This document shows positions 36,341-48,705 of a stretch of 64,000 bases of DNA, one piece after another (the first letter of the stretch is position 1; the number at the start of each line of letters is the position of its first letter). The notes under the pieces are model-generated. The model did not search any database. It was not told the DNA's origin and worked only from the letters and a program-made list of their open reading frames with translations. Position numbers and translations under genes: made by a program. This DNA comes from Octopus sinensis (taxonomy: Eukaryota). The stretch lies in assembly GCF_006345805.1 (NCBI RefSeq), contig NC_043002.1, positions 41,354,001 through 41,418,000 of the forward strand, read 5' to 3'.

Positions 36341-37316
36341 TGAGGGACTAGAATTTAAATTTTTAGATAGCCATGGAAGCGTGGTATATACCATCTAATA
36401 ACAACTCTGTTCAGAAGGCTGAAATAATACATATAATGTGCCAGTGAGGGAAAAGTTAGAGACGTAACTGAGTAGAATGTTTGAGAGATGATTTATTGAT
36501 ATGTTAACATGTGTGTCTGTGTGTGCGTTATTTATACAGAATAATAGACAGGCCGTCATGAGAACAAATTGTATGTGTGTATAGCCATGGATGTATGCGT
36601 GTGCTACATTTAAGAATAGCAATGAAGAAGACAGTGGAAGAGTATATAATGAGAAGTTAGACGAATGTTCATAGACACAAGAACGAGAGATACCAGTTTG
36701 TAGTCAATTGTACGTGGTAGCTGAAATACTGTATCAAGAAGTTGCGGTGATGGTGCAGAGCCAGTGCAGTGTGTGTCGTACGAAGTTGGAGCTGTAATGC
36801 TGCTACCTCAGTCACTTGTACAGGAGTTCTCGCAGGTTGTATATTCGTTGTTAACCATGGTGAAGTAATTCACGAACAGTGGGATCTGTGCAGTGTTGCT
36901 TGAGCAGTGTACGTAGAGAGATGATGATGGCGATGACGAAGAAAGAGATTACTGTAATGCTGTTGGACGGGTGTTGTCGTCTGGCTCGCAGATTGTATAT
37001 TTGCTGTTAAACCATGATGAAGTAATTCACGAACAGTGCTGTGTTGAAACCTGGGTGTGTTGCTGATAAACGGGTGTTGCTGCTGTAACTGGCTGTCTTG
37101 TGTGGAGGGTGGCTAGACCTTCGAAAGTCTGGAACCAAAAACTTCGAGGTGAGGAGAAGGTGAGTTTTTATAAGGAACAATATGCTCAAACGGGATTGTG
37201 AAAAGGCTGTCTCACGTGATCTTATTTAGAGACTTCGATTGGTTATACGCTGCATATTAGCGCGACAGAGTAAGAGGCAAATTGCGCCAATACCAACCAG
37301 AGTAGTGTACACAACA
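36341..37316 (-). mobile_element. LTR-like element (TG...CA) with CCAAT and TATA boxes and an internal duplication
   Basis: Minus strand starts TGTTGTG, CCAAT ~37240, TATAAAA ~37170, AATAAA ~36495, ends CTCA; CCATG(G/A)TGAAGTAATTCACGAACAGTG occurs twice; no TSD found. Confidence 0.35.
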
Positions 37317-37384
37317 GGGTCCAAATAGTGGTCAAAGGTTAGCTGTTATCTGCTGCGTTCGTATGTACGTATATATAATAAAGG

Positions 37385-37856
37385 GGAAAGGAATTTCACT
37401 TGAGTGTACGCTACAAATTCAAAGACGGCGAAACCTTCAAAGTTAAATCCAATCTCACCTGCAACACAAAAAAACCTGATCTACTTATCACACGCAATGG
37501 TTGCCAACATAATTACATAGGCCAGACGGACGGCTCGTTCCGCAGCAGAATGACAACTCATCGCCAACAGATCCGAGACAAAAACACGAGGAAAATTCTT
37601 TAAGTAGTCACATTGTAACCTATGCAAAAATGGACTTACCCAATTTCAAAATCTTTCCCCTCTACAAGTGCTCAGATCTTTTCAACCAACAACAAAGACT
37701 AAATAAAGAAAGGCAATTTATTAACAAATATAAGCCACAATTGAATATAAAACTAACCACTATCAATCAATAAATAAGAACAGACACTTTAAAAAAATTA
37801 TACATACTATTGATTTGGAAAATACTTTCCATCACTTCTTAAATCTCTTTTCCAAT

Positions 37857-37889
<33 letters not shown>

Positions 37890-38370
37890 GTCTATATACA
37901 TGTCTGCAAACACACACACAGCTGGAGACACTTAAAAGAAAACATTGCAATTCAACACCACACACACCAAAAAGAAGGAAAACCTTAATTCCTTAATAGA
38001 ATTCTTAACAAGACATTTATCACAACACACACGGCCATTAACACACAGCTAGTCACATTCCAAACATATTGAAATGACATTCGACACAATACACATACAC
38101 ACGCAAGCACAAAACCCATTCAATAAATGCCGGAACCCAAAGATCTTTTTACACAATAGACAACTAAACACACCCTTTCTTTCTCTCTAACACCTTGAGC
38201 TCTATACCAAATTTTCAACAAACAACATTCAATGAAGACTTTACGGGAAAACTCCGGACATGTTCTAACCACCAAACAGAAGATAAATACAAATTGTTTT
38301 TACTTCAAATTCCAAATTTTTATTAATATTTGATAAGATGAAATTCATCATCGAAACTGGTAGTATTTTA
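37385..38370 (+). pseudogene. Penelope-like element 3' end: GIY-YIG endonuclease and pseudo-LTR
   Basis: FKVKSNLTCNT..NGCQHNYIGQTDGSFRSRMTTHRQQIRD..FKIFPLYK..KERQFINKYKPQLN; degenerate hammerhead-like TGATAAGATG..CATC..GAAAC near 38332-38357. Confidence 0.8.
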
Positions 38371-38424
38371 TATTATATATATATATAATCATTTTATTAA
38401 TTTCTTCCTAAATTAAGATGTCTT

Positions 38425-38841
38425 GAGAACGAGAATGGAAGGAGCCGCGACAGGGTCCTTTATCTCCGGGCCCGGCTTGCTCACCTACTTCAGATATCAT
38501 CTGAGAAGCAAGATGGGACTGGAGAGGAGGACCTTGCCGCGGGGAGTGTATGAGAAAAGATGGAAGGAAGTGGAAGAAAGGTGGGTGTGAGAAACCCAGC
38601 TTGACCATGGAGGAGAGAGAGGAAGTGGAAGCTGCAGGGCCTCATCAATTGCCGGGGTGTAAAAGCTCCAGTAAAACCACAAAGGTCATCTACAAGTGTC
38701 TGTTATACTAGTATGCAAAAACTATTACTTTATAACGAATCCAAACGAAACTTTTAATCGAATCTCTTAAATGTTTTTGTATGTATGTCCTGTATTCGTC
38801 CCTTCTATGTATTGATTTTCTATAATCGTAATAAAGAGATA
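38425..38841 (+). mobile_element. 5'-truncated Tx1-like LINE 3' end with 16-bp TSD
   Basis: TSD TAAATTAAGATGTCTT 38409-38424 and 38842-38857; open frame RTRMEGA..LTYFRYHLRSKMGLERRTL..EKRW; AATAAA at 38830. Confidence 0.75.
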
Positions 38842-38961
38842 TAAATTAAGATGTCTTAAATTTACTTTTGTGCTGTTTTATCTCCATCTTTTATATATAA
38901 AAATTTTATTTGTATTGATCTCTAATCTTTTTTCAACCATATATATATATATATATATATA

Positions 38962-39004
<43 letters not shown>

Positions 39005-40704
39005 TGTATACAAACGTTTATACAAAAACAGCGAGTGTGTGTGACTAACTACAAATACATAGAGCTGAACACGGTGTGCGAAAAGTAAATAAATTATAAT
39101 TCCGAAAATTAACGAACAATAACGACAAGTATGCGAGCCAATGCGAAAGATCCCCCAAATAATTTTATATTTCAGATATTACCTGTACTTACCAGCAATT
39201 AGAGCTGTTTTAAGACAAAAATCCATCATAGATTTTATGTTAAAAGCTGTATTGTGTGTGAAACATCACTTTAAATATTAATAAATAAAAATTTAAAGTT
39301 GTATGAAACCAGAATAAATTTATGATTTTTAAATATTTAATTGAAAAACCTAGTAGGTTTATTTTAATTACAAATATAGAAAGGCAAGTGTTGAGATTTT
39401 TAGTTGGGGAATAGTGAGATTTCATTATGATCTGTATACGACATATTTCACCGAAAACCGTGCGTCTATATATCATACACATTCCCAATTGTTTCCAACC
39501 ACCAGTGTAACTTGGGACTTACGAAAGCTTTAAATTACTCAAAATGTTTGAAACAAGGGTAAATTAAAAGTCTGAAAACAAGCATGGGCGTTCAGGACAA
39601 ACTTATGAAGATGCTTTGGGCAGAGAAAGGCTTCGAATATCAAGTGAAATCGGATTACTTTCAAAGGCTTGCCAAATTTGTAACATAAGTTCGTCCGCCT
39701 CGTAAGCAAACCGTCAAATACGGTACATAAATATTTTTGACAAAAAAAAAAGTTCTCTAAAATCATGATAAAATGAATTATTAAATTAATTAAATAGTAT
39801 CTACAAAGTCTCTACGTGCTCAGTATTATTGCACGACCAGTTTCTCTGCAATTGATTATATTTTCAGTTTGTATCCTGTTTAAGTGAATTTTGAATCGAA
39901 AAACATTTTATTTCCCCTAACATGGTTCGATGCCATGTCTATGTAAAGTAAACGTTTGTATTTAAAAATAAATGCATGTGTGATTTGAGGGAAATTTAGT
40001 TGCTATTTATAGGGTGTTGAGCGACCACGTTGAGACTCCCTCGTTAAAACATTTTCTTGCGTTTTTAACTGGAAGGTGCAAGCTATTGTTCAGCCGAGAA
40101 AACAACTACCAAATATACACCTGTGATTTATAGCAAGATCAATTTGTATCAAATACACAGGATTCTGGCTGTATTAACTCGTTCAGTTAAACAAATATTA
40201 AAATAGACACATTTCCAACGAGCCAACAGAGACTACACTAAACCAGTGGTGAGCAAACTGCGGCTCACAAAACTTTCTGAATGACAAGCCGAGCGAAAAA
40301 TGACCTTTCGTTTGATGAGCCATGTCTCATGTTGCCAGCTTCACAAAAAAGATTGCTCATGCTTTTTCTATACAAATAGTTGGGGATACCCAAATCGCGC
40401 TCGAGTGAAATAACACCTACGTGCATATTCGAATCTTCCTACTGATAAGGTTCTGAAAAAAAAAAACGGTTTATTTTTAAAGGCCAAAACACTGATTAAA
40501 TTACTTTTCACTCTCTGTAAGGAGCAAACAAATTTAGCTTTGGATTTTTCTAATGTTTATTCTCTGACATTACTCATGGGTAGGAATACGTATAAACTGA
40601 TAATCATTCATGCCTTTATTACAGCTGATTAACATTTACTGGTTCATTAGCCCACTTGTATTGAATATTTTAAATTGCATAACATAACTCCTACAGTTGT
40701 TTAT

Positions 40705-40925
40705 AATAACAGCTTCAAATTTTGGCACAAGGCCAATAGATTCGTAGGAGGAGCTAAGTCGGTCACAGTGACCCCAGTGCTTTACTGGTACTAATTTTAT
40801 CGACCTCGAAAGGATGAAAGGCAAAATCGACCTCGGCAGAATTTGAACTCAGAACGTGCAGACAGACGAAATGTCGCTAAACATTTTGCTCGAAGTGCTA
40901 GCGATTCTGCCAGCCTGCCGCCTTA
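40705..40925 (-). mobile_element. SINE family A
   Basis: rc core and head. Confidence 0.8.
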
Positions 40926-41678
40926 TTGCCAGTAATGATAAATGAAGTTCTACGGTGAAAAATGGACAATTAGCGGCGTGGTTACAGGAAGGTGCTTCAT
41001 CAGTGAAAAGATCTCAAAAAATGATTTGTTGCTTTATCATAAAAGCTCAACTCCGTCAACTCAACTGTTTCCCTGGAAATGTCGGATATCGTGACAATAG
41101 TATCTTCTGCTCAATCGATTTTTTTTTTTCGAACAAAAAGCAAACTTGTCAGTACATTAAAATAGTTTAGCTTACTCTGCTAAGAGATTGCTTTTGATGT
41201 GATCTATTAATAGATAATGCTAAAAAAAAATTTTAACAGAAGGGAAAGGCCAAGAGAAATTTACCAAAAAGGCAGAGGAGCATTGAAAGTTGGCGTCTTA
41301 AAAGACAAAAAAAAAAGAAAACAAAGAGGCAGTAATGATCAGAACATCTTCCTAACAAATTTCTGGAAGTTTGTGTGTCTTTAGGGCTAATAGTACTGAC
41401 TACTTAATTGTCTGATTTGTTCTCTCGTATTGCCCATTTCCTGTTAGGAGTGGTTCTGCAGTGCACAAATCCTTGTTTTAGATAACATTGTGTAACATTA
41501 AAAAATTTTTTTATCAGTGTTATTTCCTATTTGCTTCTATCTAGTAATCAAACGAAATGACTTCTATTCCCTTCACACTTTGCTTTTATGTTCTGGACAT
41601 CAATGTTTTGAAACTGACGTATTTTCCATTACATTCAGACACTGAGTTGCTGAAGCAGAAATGCCGTTATAGCATAGA

Positions 41679-41905
41679 CAATAATCCCTCGACTATCGTG
41701 GGTGTTACGTTCCACCCCACCCCTACCCCTGCGATAGGTGAAAATCCGCGAAGTAGAAACAGTACTGTACTGTATATATTTTTTTATTTTTATAATTTGT
41801 ATATATTTATTTTATTATAAATGCAAAACAACACCACGGAATAATCGACGTAAGCTTAAATAATAAACCGCGATAGGTGAACCGCGATATGGCGAGGGAT
41901 TACTG
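41679..41905. mobile_element. pogo/Tigger-type MITE
   Basis: TIRs CA(G/A)TAATCCCTCG..TATCG(C/T)GG; TA at the right end. Confidence 0.7.
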
Positions 41906-42320
41906 TATTCTGCTCAATACCACAGATTTGCTTATCAGTTGCTTGACTTTAACCACTTGAACATGTCCCTTAGTGGTTGACAATATGCGCATCTTTGATC
42001 ATGAGCAGGAATAGTGGGTGAGGGGCATCATAGCCATGTGTTGAGAGGGGTTCTTTGGGATTTGAATACATGAAACAAAAGCAAAGTTTAAAGGAAATAT
42101 TAACAATTGTAGGGGTAAGCAAATAGGAAATAACAGTTTTTACCCAAAGACAAAAATCGTGTTACACAGTGTAATTCTTCATTTCTATTGAGCTCCTATA
42201 TCACTGTGAATAACTATGAGAGAGAAAATATCTCTTTCAGTCACAAAACAAATGGTGATATCTACACCAAAAGGCAACATAAACATTCACATCTGTCGCT
42301 AGAAGGTATTTGTTTCGAGA

Positions 42321-42542
42321 AAGGCGGCGAGCTGGCAGAAACGTTAGCACGCCGAGCGAAATGCGTAGCCGTATTTCGTCTGCCGTTACGTTTTGAGTTC
42401 AAATTCCGCCGAGGTCGACTTTGCCTTTCATCCTTTCGGGGTCGATAAATTAAGTACCAGTTACGCACTGGGGTCGATGTAATCGACTTAATACCTATGT
42501 TTGTCCCCTCTATGTTTAGACCCTTGTGGGTAATAAAGAAAT
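42321..42542 (+). mobile_element. Young full-length SINE family A with 17-bp TSD
   Basis: AGGTATTTGTTTCGAGA at 42304-42320 and 42543-42559; CpGs intact. Confidence 0.92.
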
Positions 42543-43041
42543 AGGTATTTGTTTCGAGATAGCCAGTCTTATTTCCCACGAAATCCAATGAGATGAGTTC
42601 CATAATCTTAGTAGTTTTTATGAGATGTTGAAATATCGGATTGTAAAATTTAGGGCTTAATTTCTCATATATTCGGTAGTTATAACATTTGACAAACGTC
42701 TTTAGTTGAAAAAGAAGGGTATTTTCCCCCTCTTTCTTTTACACAATGCAAAAGTAACAGGTTTATCACACAGGATCAACATCATTCATGGTGCGAAGAC
42801 GTTGAAAAAACAATTGTAATCTGATTGAACAGAACAGCAAAATATTTCACATTGATAAAAATAAAAATATTAAAACTACAAGTTCGATCCATCAATGTAA
42901 TGCTTTGTCATTCTTTATCTTTGCACGTAACTTCTGGAGAGAAGGTATTGTGTTAAGTCTTTCAGGATGTGAAGTTTATTAAATAAACCATTGTTAGAGG
43001 TATCGATAAGTGTTGTATGCTAAAGACATTTTTTTTTTCAG

Positions 43042-43099
43042 CTACTTATGAAGCAGCTCAACTTCCGTCCTTAGATAAGGAAAAGAATTCGCCCACAAC
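43042..43099 (+). CDS. Candidate internal exon (xTYEAAQLPSLDKEKNSPT)
   Basis: Strong acceptor T10-CAG, donor AAC|GTAAAG, only one frame open; phase-compatible with 43441-43519; no homology evidence. Confidence 0.25.
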
Positions 43100-43440
43100 G
43101 TAAAGCATTAATTGTTTTAAAGAACTCGATATCTAAGCAGGTTCTGCCAATATTAAATTTAACCAAAACTATTTCTGTCTTAAAGTAAGGGTAATAATTT
43201 TGCAAACAACTAAGAAATGCAGTATCAGCGACTGTATCTTGCATCTCTGAACTTACTCATTAAGATGCGAAGTAAGAAGTTTGATTAAATTTACAAGGTT
43301 ATATTCAGTAGCAGCTTCCGTGTTTCGGTATTTAAAACATTAAAACTACCTGGTTAATTAATGCATTATCGCATTTTAATTAATGTGGTTGCGTGTATAC
43401 CTATAAGTTGTAAAATTAGTTGTTATTTTGCTCGGTACAG

Positions 43441-43519
43441 TTGCACTGCTATAGATTCTGATGAACTTAAAGTTTGCCCTTGGTGCTCAAAAGGTTCCCC
43501 CACCTCAGCGTCTACGTAG
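43441..43519 (+). CDS. Candidate exon (CTAIDSDELKVCPWCSKGSPTSAST*)
   Basis: Acceptor TTATTTTGCTCGGTACAG; open in the phase demanded by 43042-43099; its 3' part runs into a repeat. Confidence 0.2.
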
Positions 43520-43615
43520 TTTGATGACCTGCTAGAAATAGCAACTAAATTTTCCTCAAATTTATACCATACCATCTTAATAGGGTTAATTGTTCGGTTT
43601 AGTTATAAAAAAAGG

Positions 43616-44004
43616 GGATCTTTTCGGTTTGAACGGCAGTTTTTTTTTTATAATTTCCACGTAACTAAACACTTTTAAATTTCGTATACTGGTAGAACGT
43701 ATTTATAAAACATCTTTTTCTCTTGGCTTTATTGAGAAAATTCTATAGTTTGTAAGATATTTGTTGTTGTTTTTCTTCAATTTCTGTAATTTCAACCAAT
43801 CACTGACGTCTATTGAGGTAAAAAAAAACATTCTGTGCCGTATGAATATGCCCCTCGTTTAAGAAACAGATTGGATCTACATTTCTGAAGAAAAAAGATA
43901 CCCTTCCCCCCACCCCTAATAGATCGATACTAGGGTCATAATTATGGGTGACAATTTCATATGACACCGCTAGAAAAAAACTGCCGTTCAAACCGAAAAG
44001 ATCC
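43616..44004. mobile_element. GGATCTTTT-TIR non-autonomous element nested in the Merlin relic
   Basis: Same family as 10745-11164; flanks AAAAAAGG/AAAAAAGT (7/8 match); telomeric tract reduced to CCCCTAA. Confidence 0.85.
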
Positions 44005-44061
44005 AAAAAAGTAAATAAAAATTAAGGGGGAGATAAGTAGTAAAAGAAGCAAAAAGTACGT

Positions 44062-44432
44062 TGGGTATTCAGTGACATAGAGATAGTCTCGACAACCTGA
44101 CCACACAGAAGAAACTTTAACTGAGCTGATACAAAGGGTCTCACATAGTCAGCGATGGATGGCGGATACCATTGAGGATACATCGGTATCCTCAATGGTG
44201 GTGCCTAGATGCACGAGGTGATTATACACCAACATTTTGTTGATCCTCATGATCAAGATGTCCACCCACAAAATGTGGATGCGGGTGAAATGGAATTTGA
44301 GACGATAGTTTAGGACATCGGATGAATTGCTTGTTCCATATCTGCATGAGTTTCTCTGGCGTAATTCCACTGAGAAAACGAAGACGTTTGTTCATTTTCT
44401 GGCGTGTGATCGCCAATCTTTATGCTGTATAA
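44062..44432 (+). pseudogene. Merlin transposase C-terminal fragment
   Basis: WVFSDIE..DHTEETLTELIQR..IVSDGW..HFVDP..QNV..YLHEFLWRN match the WVFG.IE / IVSDGW / NH..FVDP..HTQN.E / YL.EF.WR motifs of IS1595/Merlin. Confidence 0.75.
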
Positions 44433-44669
44433 AAAGTAAGCTGCTTCGTTTACTATGTATCTTCCCTTAATTTTATTTAATTTTTTTATATAACTAAACT
44501 GAACAATTACCTTTTAATTTTTACGGAACGTTATATCAGGCAGACCTAGATACCGCTAAACCAAAAAATAAAAATGATAAGATCGTCACGGATTGAATGC
44601 CTTAAGATAATTGGTCTGCTCAATCGGAGTAGATTTGGTGCTAAACAACTCATTATCATTGTTACTGCT

Positions 44670-45075
44670 ACGCTGGACAAAATGCCGCTAAGCATTTTGT
44701 CCGTCTTTACATTCTGAGTTTGAATTCTGCTGGATTCGACTTCGCCTTTCATCCTTTCGGGGACGATAAAATAAAGTATCAATTGAACACCGGGCTCACT
44801 CTAATCGACTTACTCTCATCTCACTCACACACACACATGCAAAGGTGCCTATTGTAGAAAGTCATTTAAAGGAGACAAGCTGGCAGAATTGTTACCGCGC
44901 CAGAGAAAATGGTTAGCATTTCTCCCGGCTTTACAGTCTGAGTTCGAATTCCGTAGAGGTTGATTTTTGCCTTTCATCTTTTCAGGGCCGATAAAAGAAG
45001 TACTAATCAAGCACTGGGGTCGTCGTATCCGTATAGACTCCGTCCCTAAGTTTTCAGGCTTTGTGCCTACTGTAG
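44670..45075 (+). mobile_element. Two decayed SINE family A copies
   Basis: Cores at 44710-44790 and 44935-45020. Confidence 0.75.
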
Positions 45076-46039
45076 AAAGTATTATTGTTATTGTCACTTT
45101 TATGTAAATTCTATCATATGACGATTGCTACAAAGGAGGTTTGGATATAAAAATTCTTAAGTCTATAACTGTCAAGCTACAGTTACAGAAAACCTGGATA
45201 GAATTAAGATAATTTATTGCCATAAAAGTTACACAAACGAATCCGAAGGCCCAGTTTTTCAATAATAAATAATACGCCGATTATAAGCATGAAAATCGCA
45301 ATATCAGTTTCTCCTTGATCATTCGTTGATGAATACCTCCGACCACAAAAGGTCAGCCTGTTGGACAATTTATCACTCTGGTGTGAGAGATATATATTTA
45401 TTCCTCCGTTTTTATATATATATATTTTTTTTTTGGCAGTTTATATTTTAGCCACTGATATAGAAGTCTACCAAATGCAAGTTAATCTCTAAATCATGAG
45501 ATCGGGACGGGGATGCTTTGTATATTCGACAAGTTTATCTAGATTGTTGTAGAGCCAACAACAGAATAATGTAAATTTGTTGTTTAAAATTGTAAATAAA
45601 ACGACTAGTCAGTGATGTTTTTACTTAATAGTCTTTTAATGGCTACTCATACACTGCAGTAGAAAAACAAAATTGGCAAGCTAAACATTACGACACGGTC
45701 AGTTAACTTTTGAGTGCGCTTGAGGTGTGAAAGCATTTCGCAATCAGTTTTCACAGATTGAATACTATTGGCAGAAAATCGATCGCAAGATGTTTTAAAA
45801 TGTTCGTTTGATCGACACAAATCGATTACTGTATAGTTTCTGTAAATGTAGTTGAGACCAAGAGAGAAAAAAGTGAGGGCTGACGAATAAAAAGGAATGT
45901 TTAGCTTAAAATACTTGCTAGCATAAAATAAAGAAACAATGATGATGATGATGACGATGTCGATAAGAATGACGATAACGACAACGATGATTTTAAACAT
46001 TTTATTTTACGGAGAAAACAAATGAGAACAATGAAGCAT

Positions 46040-46170
46040 GACGTAAAATCACACCTGTATCCTGTCAAGGTAGTTGATAGCTGCGAAACTTGACTGTCAC
46101 TTCCGCTACACGTCATGTCGAAGAAAAATACTAGAAGCAAATTGATCAGAAGATTACGTGTTCGTTTACG
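46040..46170. promoter_or_regulatory. Promoter-like site at the second CpG domain border
   Basis: TGACGT ~46046, ETS-type CACTTCCG ~46098, ATGTCG at 46115 opening only a 19-codon ORF. Confidence 0.25.
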
Positions 46171-47109
46171 ATAATAGGTCTATCTAGCGATACACCAACT
46201 CATTGTTTAAACAATTCGGATTGAATTGACTCGCGGGTCGATTATCATTCTAAGTAGATTACATACTGTGCAAGCCAATTGTATAATACTGTGGTTATTT
46301 ATTTTATTTCCCTGGGAGGACCGGTAGTGGCTGCGATAAATTCACAACGTTTGGAATTTCACAACCCTATATCGATTCAAGACCTGAAATAGTTTCTTTT
46401 CTTTTGCACAAAATCAAGACATAGAAGTTGAAACTATAGAACTTCCTAATGCTGAATGCATAAATAGAATGTATTGTTTTTGTTTTAGCCATGAGCCAGT
46501 CCTAATCTAGCAGGCCCACCATCAAAAGTATTCCTGCCGTGACTATCCTTTTCTCTTTCTTCAAACAGTGTGTACCTAAGATTGTACTCACTGATACACA
46601 GGTGAAGCAAAGTGTTAATGAGAAAACAAGAGACAGTTTGCATCCATATAATTCTTCTTTCTTCGAACATGGTGTTGGACAAGTTTAAGAAGTTTGGAAT
46701 TATTTTAATACCCTTGAGCCAACCAAAGCCTTGTGACTGGATTTGGTAGATGGAAACAGAAGGAAGCACATCACACACACACACACACGCACACACACAC
46801 ACATACACACATGTATATGCATATGTATATATAGATATGTGTGTGTAAATACACACATGTATATATGCATAGCTTTTATCTTTGACTTGCTTCAGTCATT
46901 AGACTACAGCCATGCTGGGGCACCACCATGAATTTTTAGTTGAATGAATCAACCCAAGTACTTATTTTTTACGCATGGTACTTACTCTGTTGATCTCTTT
47001 TGCCAAACTGCTAGGTTACAGGGACATAAACACACCATTGGTAAGCAGTGGTGGGAGGAGGACAAACACAGACACAAAAATACACACACACACACATGTA
47101 TATATACAT

Positions 47110-48060
47110 GGGACTTTGCACTGCCCACAGATTTGGTTTGTGGCACTCAGCAAGCTGTCCAGCAGGAGTTCCCAGTTGCCCTCTGTGTCACAAGTTTGTA
47201 GCTCCTCTCTCATTTCTTAATTAGGATGTCCCTAAATCTCTGAACAAATAAAGGGTCTTTAAGCTTCCAAATCCTTCTTTTCCAGATTGGTCTACTTCTT
47301 GGCATCCTTCTGGCCTGGAGTCTAAAATCACTGATGACTAGTCTATGCTAGGGGATACATTCTTTATCAGGGAGGGTCTTTGTATTTAAGAGCAACCATG
47401 CATCCTGCTACCGGGTGAGAATGTATTCAATCTGGCTAGCGTAGCCACCTAATTGGTATTGCAGATCAATCAGTTATTTGCATTACAGAACTCCAGTAGT
47501 CTTGTTCCTTCTTTATTTCAGGAACCAATTCCATGGTCCCCATGCACACCATGGAAAATGCTGAGCCACTGTCCGACATGACTATTGAAATCACCAGCCA
47601 CAAAGATGAGATCCTCGTCATTCATCTTAGAGGTAGCCTGCCAAAAAATATTATAAAAATGGTCCTTCCATTCATTTGGTAGGTGGTTATGCTATTTTGC
47701 AAGACTAGCCTGAACTTAAGCACTCTATCACTCACTCTTCTAACTACCTCTTTGACCTTATCTTCCCATTTCTCTGCAAGAAGTATGCCCACACCACCTA
47801 CCCCGTCACAGTTACCTTCCCAGGAGATTTTATACCTATGTGTCTTGCCTGTGAGGAACCTGGTTGAAGCGCCTTTCCACCTTACCTTTTGGATACAGCA
47901 TACCACAACATGCCTCCATTCAAGCATCTCGACAATCTCACTAGACCTACCTTTCAGTGTGTCTACATTGACAGTACCAATGCTGAGAACTGGGAAAGGA
48001 ACATGGCCAGGGGAGATGGTTTTGGACACCTGAAAAGGTTTCAGCAATCATTTGGTAACA
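47110..48060 (-). pseudogene. RTE LINE APE-endonuclease region
   Basis: LSIGTVNVDTLKGRSSEIVEML..CCIQKVRWKG..GVGGVGILLAEKW..VSDRVL..; downstream pieces KEGTRLLEFCNA, HRLVISDF, EGNWELLLDSLLSATNQICG. Confidence 0.9.
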
Positions 48061-48705
48061 GACATGTCACATCAGTTAGTCTCGCTTTATCTTACCATCA
48101 ATCAAACATATTAAAATTGTTGTCCCTATTGGTGAGGAGTTGCATTGTAAATATAAGCATTACTGCTGCAAATATAAATAGGTCAATGTATAAATTAATT
48201 ATATAAATGATCTGCTATTGGTTAGTCCATTATATATAGAGGTATGAGGTTTGTTAATTTGCTAATAATTTACTAAATAACATATCATCTTTTGGTACAT
48301 GCAGTGGTAGTGTGGGCGATTGTTGGTAGAGGGAAGGAGAGAGTGAGGGAGTGACGGAGGTATGCAAGACTTCCAGTAGTGAAGTGAGGCTGAGCTCTGT
48401 AGGTGTTTCCAGTACAGGTTTGTGGGAGCGGGGATGGGTGGGCACATTGCAGACAAGCAATGACCAGTTTAAAACAAGAGTGCCTATGAATGGGAGAAAC
48501 ATGGCAACAATGAGAGACATAAGTAAAACAAGACTGCTTACGAATTTTAGAGAACAGTGATGAAAACGTTATGAAATGGGGAGAGAAACTAAGGTTTTGG
48601 AGAATTACAATTTGAAAGTTATTTGAAGAATTAATCTAAATAATTACAGGTTACGAAAGTACATGTTAGTAATATGGGTTAGATGAATGAAGCAATTAAA
48701 GGTGT

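Larger units (their letters stand above)
43583..44511 (+). mobile_element. Internally deleted Merlin (IS1016/IS1595-like) DNA transposon
   Basis: TIRs GG(T)TAATTGTTC(G/A)GTTTAGTTATA; flanks TCTTAATA/TTTTAATT (6/8 match); contains a transposase relic. Confidence 0.7.

Noticed and set aside
45337-45357. 21-nt minus-strand microexon candidate (ADLLWSE)
   Set aside because: Weaker splice sites; expected by chance at this density
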